From Candidatus Rokuibacteriota bacterium (GTDB lineage Bacteria; Methylomirabilota; Methylomirabilia; Rokubacteriales; DASRDR01), in the NCBI GenBank assembly GCA_044866005.1, contig JBIOTN010000002.1, positions 1 through 20,642 on the forward strand: 20,642 nt of DNA, written 5' to 3'. This document shows, in pieces, positions 8,798 to 16,045 of this stretch. A model generated the notes under the pieces. It was not told where the DNA came from, made no database searches, and was given only the letters and a program-made list of their open reading frames with translations. Made by a program: the position numbers and the translations under genes. Each line of letters opens with the position of its first letter. Position 1 is the first letter of the stretch.

Positions 8798-9966
8798 CCA
8801 CGCGCGCGCGGCTGGCCGACCGGCTCACCCGGTTGCCTCCCTACCTCTTCGCCGAGATCGACCGCCAGAAGAAGGAGGCGCGGGCGCAGGGCATCGACCT
8901 CATCGACCTGGGGATCGGCGACCCCGACCTGCCGACCCCGCGGCACGTGATCGAGGCCCTCGACCGGGCCGCGCGCGAGCCCAAGAACCACCGCTATCCC
9001 GACTACGAGGGGTTGCTCGCGTTCCGTGCGGCGGCCGCCGCCTGGTACCGGCAGCGGTTCGGCGTCACGCTGGACCCGGCGACGGAGGTCCTCACGCTCA
9101 TCGGCTCCAAGGAAGGGACCGCCCACATCCCGCTCGCCTTCGTGAACCCGGGCGACGTGGTCCTGGTGCCGGATCCCGGCTACCCGGTCTACGCCGCCGG
9201 CACCTGGTTCGCGGGCGGGGAGCCCCACTTCCTTCCGCTCCGCGCCGAGCGCCACTTCCTGCCCGACCTCGAGGCGGTCCCGCCCGAGGTCCTCCGCCGG
9301 ACCAGGATGCTCTTCCTCAACTACCCCAACAACCCGACCGCCGCCGTCGCGACGCGCGAGTTCTTCGAAGCGGTCGTCCGGTTCGCCGAGCGCCACGGCG
9401 TGATCGTGTGCCACGACGCGATGTACTCGGAGCTCCGGTTCGACGACTACGAGCCGCCGTCCTTCCTCCAGGTCCCGGGGGCGAAGGAGGTCGGCGTCGA
9501 GTTCCACTCCTGCTCGAAGACCTACTCGATGACGGGCTGGCGCATCGGCTTCGTCGTGGGCCACCGCGAGGTGCTGGCCGGGCTCGGCCGGGTCAAGACC
9601 AACGTGGACTCGGGCGTCTTCCAGGCGGTGCAGGAGGCGGCCATCGCCGCCCTCACCGGCCCCCAGGACGGGGTCGGCCGGATCCGGGCCATCTACCAGG
9701 AGCGGCGGGACGTGGTCGTCGCGGGCCTGCGCCGGCTCGGGCTCCCCGTGACCCCGCCGCGCGCGACGTTCTTCGTCTGGGCGCCCGTGCCGGACGGCGG
9801 GGACTCGCGCAAGTGGGCGGCCCGGCTCCTCCAGGAGGCGGGCGTCGTCGTGACCCCCGGCGTCGGATTCGGGCCGTCGGGCGAAGGCTACTACCGGATC
9901 GCGCTCACGGTCGACAAGGCACGGATCGCCGAGGCGATGGAGCGCCTCGGACGCCTCGCCCTGTAA
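8794..9966 (+). CDS. dapL: LL-diaminopimelate aminotransferase (class I/II PLP enzyme), 390 aa if started at CTG 8794 (first standard start is TTG 8833)
   Basis: LADRLTRLPPYLF, DLGIGDPD, GSKEG, NYPNNPT, SCSKTYSMTGWRIG; lies in the dap cluster. Confidence 0.85.
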   Translation: MTTRARLADRLTRLPPYLFAEIDRQKKEARAQGIDLIDLGIGDPDLPTPRHVIEALDRAAREPKNHRYPDYEGLLAFRAAAAAWYRQRFGVTLDPATEVLTLIGSKEGTAHIPLAFVNPGDVVLVPDPGYPVYAAGTWFAGGEPHFLPLRAERHFLPDLEAVPPEVLRRTRMLFLNYPNNPTAAVATREFFEAVVRFAERHGVIVCHDAMYSELRFDDYEPPSFLQVPGAKEVGVEFHSCSKTYSMTGWRIGFVVGHREVLAGLGRVKTNVDSGVFQAVQEAAIAALTGPQDGVGRIRAIYQERRDVVVAGLRRLGLPVTPPRATFFVWAPVPDGGDSRKWAARLLQEAGVVVTPGVGFGPSGEGYYRIALTVDKARIAEAMERLGRLAL

Positions 9967-9982
9967 CGGTCGCGGACGCCCG

Positions 9983-10369
9983 GTGAGCCCCGTCCGGCCC
10001 TCGCGCGGCGAGTCTGATATACTCCTCGTCGAGGACATCCGCTTTTACGGCCACCACGGGGCGACCGAGGCCGAGCAGCAGGTCGGCGCCTGGTTCTCGG
10101 TGGACGTCGAGCTGGCGCTCGATCTCACCCCGGCCGCGCTCTCGGACGACCTGGAAGCCACCGTCGACTACGGGCGGGTCGTCCGGCAGGTCGTCGGGAT
10201 CGGCACCGGCGAGCGCGTGCGGTTGCTCGAGCGGCTGGCGGGGCTCGTGAGCGAGGCGTTGCTCCGGGAGTTCCCCGCCCGCGAGGTGACCGTGCGCGTG
10301 CGGAAGCTGACCCCGCCGCTCGACGGGATCGCCGCCCTCCCGGGCGTCCAGATGAAGCGCAGCCGGTAG
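9983..10369 (+). CDS. folB: Dihydroneopterin aldolase, 128 aa
   Basis: FYGHHG...E..VG, SDDL..TVDY, LLERLA, VRVRK; adjacent to folK. Confidence 0.92.
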   Translation: MSPVRPSRGESDILLVEDIRFYGHHGATEAEQQVGAWFSVDVELALDLTPAALSDDLEATVDYGRVVRQVVGIGTGERVRLLERLAGLVSEALLREFPAREVTVRVRKLTPPLDGIAALPGVQMKRSR

Positions 10370-10427
10370 GGGGGCGGCGGCGGGGTCCGCGGCCGGCGCA
10401 GGTGGCGGGCGGATCCGGGCCTGAATC

Positions 10428-10940
10428 ATGGCGCGCGTGTTTCTCTCCCTCGGCTCGAACCTCGGCGATCGCCGGCGGTTCCTCGAGGACGCCCTCCGCG
10501 CCCTCCAGTCGCACGACGCGATCCGGGTCATCGCCTGCTCCCAGATCTACGAGACCGAGCCGTGGCCGGAGGAGCGGGTCACCCGCGACCGCTGGTACCT
10601 GAACTGCGCGGTCGAGATCGACACCGTTCTCGCCCCCCGCCCGCTCCTCAGGCTGCTCCAGCAGATCGAGGCCGCAGCCGGACGGGTGCGCGAGCCGATC
10701 GCGCCGCGGACGAGCTACGCGGCGCGCACCCTCGACATCGACATCCTGCTCTACGGGAGCGAGGTCCTCAGCGACCAGGACCTCCAGATCCCGCATCTCC
10801 TCATGCACGAGCGGCGGTTCGTGCTGGCGCCGCTCGCCGAGATCGCCCCCGAGTTCGAGCACCCGGTCCTCTACCGCTCGATCCGCGAGCTCCTCGCCGA
10901 GACGGAGGACCGGCGGGGCATCTTCCTCTACATCGCCTGA
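10428..10940 (+). CDS. folK: 2-amino-4-hydroxy-6-hydroxymethyldihydropteridine diphosphokinase, 170 aa
   Basis: LSLGSNLGDR, YETEP, RTLDIDILL, IPH..MHERRFVLAPL. Confidence 0.95.
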   Translation: MARVFLSLGSNLGDRRRFLEDALRALQSHDAIRVIACSQIYETEPWPEERVTRDRWYLNCAVEIDTVLAPRPLLRLLQQIEAAAGRVREPIAPRTSYAARTLDIDILLYGSEVLSDQDLQIPHLLMHERRFVLAPLAEIAPEFEHPVLYRSIRELLAETEDRRGIFLYIA

Positions 10941-10972
10941 GCGGCGCTTCGGCGGCCGAGCCCTCCCGGCGC

Positions 10973-11002
10973 TTGTCAGGCGAGAGCCCCTTCTGTTAGC
11001 GT
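10973..11002 (+). promoter_or_regulatory. Putative sigma70 promoter for the ECF operon
   Basis: TTGTCA (10973-10978), 18 nt, TAGCGT (10997-11002) with TG at 10994-10995. Confidence 0.5.
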
Positions 11003-11021
11003 GGCGGGACGGAGCGGAGCC

Positions 11022-11534
11022 GTGCCCGACCCTGCCAGCGACTTCCGGGCCCAGGCCCTCGGCCACCTCGACGCGCTCTATAACTTCGCCCTCTACCTGA
11101 CCAAGCGGCCCGCCGACGCGGAGGACCTCGTCCAGGAGACCTACCTCCGCGCCTTCCGGTTCGCCCACCAGTTCGAGCCGGGAACGCACCTGCGAGCTTG
11201 GTTGTTTCAGATACTGAGAAATACGTTCCTGACCTTCTACCGTCGCGAGGCGCGGGAGCTCGCCATGCTCGACAAGGAGGCCGCGGAGGCGCCCGAGGAG
11301 GGCTGGGAGGTCGAGGCGCCCATCGCCTCGGTCCCGACCGCCGTGGACCTCGAGCGCGCGCTCGTGGCGCTGCCGCAGGAGTTCCGCTCCGTGCTCCTCC
11401 TGGCGGACCTCGAGGGGTTTGCGCTGGTCGAGATCGCGCGGATCATGGACAGCCCGGTCGGCACCGTGAAGTCCCGGCTCTTCCGCGCGCGCCGGCTGCT
11501 GCGCCGACGCCTGGCCGATTACCGGGCCGGCTGA
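11022..11534 (+). CDS. ECF RNA polymerase sigma factor, 170 aa
   Basis: Region 2 DAEDLVQETYLRA..AWLFQI.RN; region 4 EIARIMDSPVGTVKSRLFRAR. GTG 11022 follows GGAGCGGAG; GTG 11001 overlaps the predicted -10. Confidence 0.93.
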   Translation: MPDPASDFRAQALGHLDALYNFALYLTKRPADAEDLVQETYLRAFRFAHQFEPGTHLRAWLFQILRNTFLTFYRREARELAMLDKEAAEAPEEGWEVEAPIASVPTAVDLERALVALPQEFRSVLLLADLEGFALVEIARIMDSPVGTVKSRLFRARRLLRRRLADYRAG

Positions 11535-11537
11535 CCC

Positions 11538-12326
11538 ATGCTCGACTGCCAGGCGACACGGGAGGCGCTGGAGGAACACCGCCGCGGCGAGCTGCCCGCC
11601 GACGCGGTCCGGCCGATCGAGGCGCACCTCTCGCAGTGCGAGCAGTGCCGCGCCCTGCGCGACGAGGCCGACCGCCTGGCGGCCCTCGTCCGCGGCCTGC
11701 CGCGCACGCCGGCCCCGCCGGGACTGGCCCGCCGGGTGGCGGCCCTCGGGCGCTCGCCGGGGCGCGCGCGCGGCTGGCTCGGGCGCCCGTGGACCGTGGC
11801 GGCGGCCACCGCCGCGGTCGTCGCGCTGGCGCTGTCGCCGTGGCTCCAGTTCCGGCCGCGCCCCGAGGACGATCCCGTCGAGCGGTTCCTGCAGGCCGCG
11901 CTGGCCGAGCACACGCGCATCCTGCTCCAGCTGCAGGCCGCGACGGCCGACGTGCCCGATCCCGACACGGCGCTCGCCACGGTGCGCTCGCTCACCGACA
12001 TCCAGATCCCGCCGGCGTTCGCGGGGAACGACGAGCTCACGCTCATCGCCGCGCGCCCGACGGTCATCGCCAACCGCAAGGCCGCCGCCGTCGTGCTCCG
12101 CGACCGCGCCTGGTTCATCACCACCTACTTCGCCGCATCGGGCACGGACCTCGCCATGCCCAGCCGGGGCCGGGTCCAGATCGAGCAGTACAAGCCCTTC
12201 ATGCGGCAGGCCAACGGCTTCAGCGTCATCTACTGGAAGCAGGGCGAGTACGCCTACGTGATGGTCTCCGACCTCGACGACCCGCGGAGCCGCCAGCTCT
12301 TCCTCAAGATGCGCAAGTCGTTGTAG
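11538..12326 (+). CDS. Transmembrane anti-sigma factor with zinc-binding ZAS/zf-HC2 domain, 262 aa
   Basis: N-terminal C...HLSQCEQC (HxxxCxxC), one TM helix, extracytoplasmic C-terminal domain; 3 nt after the sigma gene. Confidence 0.88.
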   Translation: MLDCQATREALEEHRRGELPADAVRPIEAHLSQCEQCRALRDEADRLAALVRGLPRTPAPPGLARRVAALGRSPGRARGWLGRPWTVAAATAAVVALALSPWLQFRPRPEDDPVERFLQAALAEHTRILLQLQAATADVPDPDTALATVRSLTDIQIPPAFAGNDELTLIAARPTVIANRKAAAVVLRDRAWFITTYFAASGTDLAMPSRGRVQIEQYKPFMRQANGFSVIYWKQGEYAYVMVSDLDDPRSRQLFLKMRKSL

Positions 12327-12538
12327 CGCCCGGGCCCTCTGAAGCCGGCCGCTGTCCCTCCTGGAGCTATCGTCTCGCGCGCGTCGTCACGGATCTCGCC
12401 CACCGCATCCGCCCTGGGGGAGGCAGGCCCGAGCCGTTCGGCCCCAGAGGTCGGGACGGACGCGAGGCCGCAGGCCGAGCGCGTCCCGGCCGGGACGAAG
12501 ATCGACGGCGAGCGGCTGGAGGTCCTCCACAGGGGCCC

Positions 12539-12565
12539 TCGGCGGGGGGCGGTGCCCCCCGCCGA
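12539..12565. repeat. REP-like perfect hairpin just after the ABC permease stop; possible terminator or stabiliser
   Basis: TCGGCGGGGGGC-GGT-GCCCCCCGCCGA, a 12-bp perfect stem with no U-tract. Confidence 0.7.
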
Positions 12566-12566
12566 A

Positions 12567-13370
12567 TCAAATCTTCAGGCCCTTGACGACGTACTCCTGG
12601 GCGAAGAGCGTGACGAGGACGGCCGGCCCGATCGCCATGACCGCGGTGGCGCTCATGAGGTGCCACTCGATCCCGGTCTCGTGCACGAACTGCGCCATCC
12701 GGACCGTGAGCATCGGCGTGCGGCTCCCCGTCAGGATCAGGGCGAACAGGAACTCGTTCCACGTGAAGAGCCACGACAGGATGAACAGCGCGACGATGCC
12801 CGGCGCGGCCATGGGCAGGGCGATGCGGAAGAACGCCCCCCAGCGCGAGCAGCCGTCGATGTAGGCCGCATATTCCGCTTCGGGCGAGATCCCGTCGAAG
12901 AAGCCCTTCATGATCCAGGAGAAGAAGCAGATGTGGATGGCGATGTGGGGCAGCAAGAGGCCCACGTAGCTGTCGAGGATGCCGAGCCACTGGGTCAGCA
13001 GGTAGAGCGGGATGACCCACGAGATGTACGGAATGCAGCGGAACAGGTAGATCAGGCCGAACCAGAGCCGGCTGGCGGCCGACTGGAAGCGCGACATCAT
13101 GTAGCCCGAGGTGATGGTGACGGCCAGCGAGAACACCGTCGCCAGCGTGGCGATGAGCGCGCTGTTGAGGAACGACTCCTTCATCTCCGGCTTCGCCAGG
13201 GCCTCCGCGAAGTTGCCCAGCGTGAACTCGCTGCCGCGGTGGACGTAGAAGACGCCGGACGCCGGCCGCAGCGACGTGAGGACCATCCAGGCGACCGGGA
13301 AGACCATGAGGAGCGTGACCGCGGTGATGGCCAGCCCGAAGAACGCGCGCTTCCAGCCCGGTGCGAGCAT
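12567..13370 (-). CDS. Carbohydrate ABC transporter permease (MalG/UgpE-like), 267 aa
   Basis: EAA-like loop EYAAYIDGCS, FFRIALPMAAPG, WNEFLFAL, QEYVVKGL; starts MLAPGWK. Confidence 0.92.
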   Translation of the reverse strand: MLAPGWKRAFFGLAITAVTLLMVFPVAWMVLTSLRPASGVFYVHRGSEFTLGNFAEALAKPEMKESFLNSALIATLATVFSLAVTITSGYMMSRFQSAASRLWFGLIYLFRCIPYISWVIPLYLLTQWLGILDSYVGLLLPHIAIHICFFSWIMKGFFDGISPEAEYAAYIDGCSRWGAFFRIALPMAAPGIVALFILSWLFTWNEFLFALILTGSRTPMLTVRMAQFVHETGIEWHLMSATAVMAIGPAVLVTLFAQEYVVKGLKI

Positions 13371-13378
13371 GCCCCCGC

Positions 13379-14317
13379 CTACCGCGAGACCTCGACGACG
13401 TAGCTCAGCGCCTTGTAGAGCACGCCGCCGACCACCATGATGATGGCCGCCCCGACGAGGGAGGCCGCCGAGCCGAGGTCGAAGTTCAGGTAGACGAAGG
13501 CGAGCTTGTAGGCGTAGATGCTGAAGACCTCCGTGGAGCGGGCGGGGCCTCCCTTGGTGATCGTCCAGACGATGTCGAAGACGCGGAAGGCGTCGATCGC
13601 CCGGATCACGATGCAGACCATCAGGACGGGACGCAGCAGCGGCAGCGTGATGTTGCGGAACAGCTGCCAGGGGCCGGCGCCGTCGATCCGGGCGGCCTCG
13701 TGGGGCTCGATCGGCAGGGTCTGGAGCGCCGCCAGGATGAGGATGGTGAACCACGGCGTCCACAGCCACACGTCCGTCATGACGACGATGGCGAGGCTCG
13801 TCCAGCGGCCGATGAGCCAGGGGATGGGCTCGAACCCCAGCGCCTCCAGCAGCACGTTGGCGATCCCGAACTGGTCGTTGAACATCCACGTGATCATGAT
13901 CGCCGCGACCACGGGCGGCACCATCAGCGGGAGCAGGATGGCGGTCCGGACGAGCCGCTCCCCGCGAAACCGCCGGTTGAGCATGACGGCGAGGGTGAGC
14001 CCCACGAGGAGGCCCCCGGCCACCGAGCAGCCCATGAAGAGGAAGGTGTTGGGCAGGACGGTGCCGTAGAACAGCGGGTCGGTCAGGATGCGGCGGTAGT
14101 TGGCGAACCCGACGAACGTCTTCTGGGGGTTGAACAGGCTCCAGGAGCGAAAGCTCGCGTTCGCGCCGATCAGGATGGGGACGATCTGGAAGCCGACCAG
14201 GACGCCGAAGGCGGGGAGGACGAGCGCGGCCATGAACCGCTCCCGCTCGCCGAGCCACCGACGCGCGGGAGATCGCCTGGTCGCCGCGCTGCCCGCGGCG
14301 AGCGCCGGCGGCGTCAT
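13379..14317 (-). CDS. Carbohydrate ABC transporter permease (MalF/UgpA-like), 312 aa
   Basis: FVGFANY, EAARIDGA, FRNITLPLL, FRVFD...TKGGP. Confidence 0.93.
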   Translation of the reverse strand: MTPPALAAGSAATRRSPARRWLGERERFMAALVLPAFGVLVGFQIVPILIGANASFRSWSLFNPQKTFVGFANYRRILTDPLFYGTVLPNTFLFMGCSVAGGLLVGLTLAVMLNRRFRGERLVRTAILLPLMVPPVVAAIMITWMFNDQFGIANVLLEALGFEPIPWLIGRWTSLAIVVMTDVWLWTPWFTILILAALQTLPIEPHEAARIDGAGPWQLFRNITLPLLRPVLMVCIVIRAIDAFRVFDIVWTITKGGPARSTEVFSIYAYKLAFVYLNFDLGSAASLVGAAIIMVVGGVLYKALSYVVEVSR

Positions 14318-14320
14318 CGA

Positions 14321-14357
14321 GCCTCGTCGGCGGGTCTGGGAAGACCTCGCCGGAGGC
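14321..14357 (-). promoter_or_regulatory. Intercistronic stem-loop overlapping the permease RBS
   Basis: GCCTC-GT-CGGCG-GGTCT/GGGA/AGACC-T-CGCCG-GAGGC; one arm contains the minus-strand GAGG (14322-14325). Confidence 0.5.
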
Positions 14358-14407
14358 CAAGGCCGCCGGGGCTCGCCGCGCGCTGGAAGGCCGTCACCGG
14401 AGGGCCG

Positions 14408-15730
14408 CTAGTCCCGCGCGGCGATCTCTCCCATCTTCCTGGCGCCCTCTTCCAGGCTCGCCTTGATCGCCTCGCGGGGGCCGGTCACCGCCTTGACCAT
14501 GTGGTCGATCCCGGTGGCGAAGAACTCCGGCCAGCGCGCGAAGTAGAAGGCGCCGTGGATGATCTTCTCGGACTCGACCGTCGCCGCGCGGAACCGCCTG
14601 AAGACGGCGTCGCTCTTCGCCAGCTCCTTCTGCACGTCCTCGTTCGGGGGGAAGCCGCCCGTCGCCTTCCACAGGTCGACCTGGACGTCGTGGTTCAGGT
14701 TGAGCCAGCTGAGCAGCTCCTTCGCGGTCTTCTTCTTCGCCGGATCGACGTGGACCGGGATGGCCCAGGCCCAGGCGTCCCGCCAGGCGATCGACTTGAA
14801 CTTCGCGCGGGGCCCCATGATGAAGGGCGCCACGCTGATCCGGCCCGCGACCTTCGACTGCTTGGGGTCGTTGAACTTTCCGTAGAGCGTCGTGTCGGCC
14901 ATGGTGATGGCGGCGTCACCGGCCATGAAGATGGCGTTCGCGTCGTCGCGCGAGTACCCCGGCATGCCGGGCGGGCTGATCTTGTGCACCTTGATGGCAT
15001 CCCACCAGAACTCCACGGCCTGGACCGCCTCCGGCTCGGCGATGCCGACCTTCCAGCCCGCCTTGGCCAGCTCCGCGTTCCGGCGCTCGTGCACGGGCAG
15101 CAACAGGTCGCCGCCGTTCGCCCAGATCGACCAGAAGAAGGAGAACCAGCCGTGGGGATACTTCATCCCGCCCACGAATCCCCACTTGACCTTTCCCGCT
15201 TTCTGGAGCCGCTGGGAGGTTTTCACGAGCTCGTCCCAGGTGCGCGGGACCTCGTTCTCCTTCAGGAGGTCGGTCCGATAGAAGAACGTCCCGATCGTCT
15301 CGACGAAGGGGACCCCCGTGTCCTTGCCTTCCCAGACGAAGGGCGGCTCGAGGATGAAGCGGGTCATCTTCTTGATGGCCGGGACGTCGTCCACGGGCTC
15401 CAGGTACCGGCCCCAGAGCTGGCCCCAGTCGTCGTTGTGCCAGATGATGTCGTACTGGCCGCCGCGCGAGGTCAGGTTCGCCGTCATCTTCTCCACGTAG
15501 ACCTCGTAGGAGGTGGGGACCAGCGTCAGCGTGACCTTGTGCTCGGCCGCCCACTGCTTCATCCACTTGATCGAGTTCTCGTGGATGGGATGCGGCATGT
15601 ACCCGATCTTGAGCTCGGTCCCCTGGGCCGCCGCCGGGACCGGGCCGGCGGGACCGGACGTCAGGGCGAGTGCGACGGTCAAGGCCGCGGCGAGGAGAGC
15701 GAGCCAGCGCCAGGTCCACGCTCGGGTCAT
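14408..15730 (-). CDS. ABC transporter substrate-binding protein (family 1, sugar-type), 440 aa
   Basis: Signal peptide ending AAAQ, YDII, FFYRTDLL, PRTWDEL, FMAGDAA; SD GAGAGGAGG at 15737-15745 (-). Confidence 0.9.
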   Translation of the reverse strand: MTRAWTWRWLALLAAALTVALALTSGPAGPVPAAAQGTELKIGYMPHPIHENSIKWMKQWAAEHKVTLTLVPTSYEVYVEKMTANLTSRGGQYDIIWHNDDWGQLWGRYLEPVDDVPAIKKMTRFILEPPFVWEGKDTGVPFVETIGTFFYRTDLLKENEVPRTWDELVKTSQRLQKAGKVKWGFVGGMKYPHGWFSFFWSIWANGGDLLLPVHERRNAELAKAGWKVGIAEPEAVQAVEFWWDAIKVHKISPPGMPGYSRDDANAIFMAGDAAITMADTTLYGKFNDPKQSKVAGRISVAPFIMGPRAKFKSIAWRDAWAWAIPVHVDPAKKKTAKELLSWLNLNHDVQVDLWKATGGFPPNEDVQKELAKSDAVFRRFRAATVESEKIIHGAFYFARWPEFFATGIDHMVKAVTGPREAIKASLEEGARKMGEIAARD

Positions 15731-15893
15731 CGTGCGCCTCCTCTCAGGCCCCCGCGGGGGGAGCCGGCCGCGCCACGCCCGCCGAAGCCCGTCGTCGATC
15801 CGGGCAGTCGCGCGGGCGGCGCGCGACGCGGCGTCGGTGCGGGGCGCTGTTGCTCGAGGGTCCGGCCAGGACACGCGCGGTTCGGTCGGGCGA

Positions 15894-15972
15894 TTTATCG
15901 CATGGCGCGACGCGGCGGTCAAGCCCGGCCCCGGGCGGGCCACTTGACGGCCGTTCACGGGCGGTGCATCGT
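15894..15972. promoter_or_regulatory. Back-to-back divergent sigma70-like promoters (ABC operon on -, oxidase operon on +)
   Basis: Minus: TTGACC (15922-15917), 17 nt, GATAAA (15899-15894) with TG extension. Plus: TTGACG (15944-15949), 17 nt, CATCGT (15967-15972). Confidence 0.45.
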
Positions 15973-16045
15973 CTGAAATCGATCGCCACCGGCCCCCCGG
16001 CGGGCGTGCGCCGCGCGTCCCGCGTGGCGCGGTGCCGGTCCCGAC

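Noticed and set aside
5643..9966. dapF is missing from the lysA-dapA-dapB-dapL cluster although the DapL route needs it
   Set aside because: dapF is often encoded elsewhere; absence cannot be judged from a 20-kb window
10015..10023. TGATATACT extended -10-like motif early in folB
   Set aside because: No -35; it encodes ordinary residues (SDIL) and is a single short match
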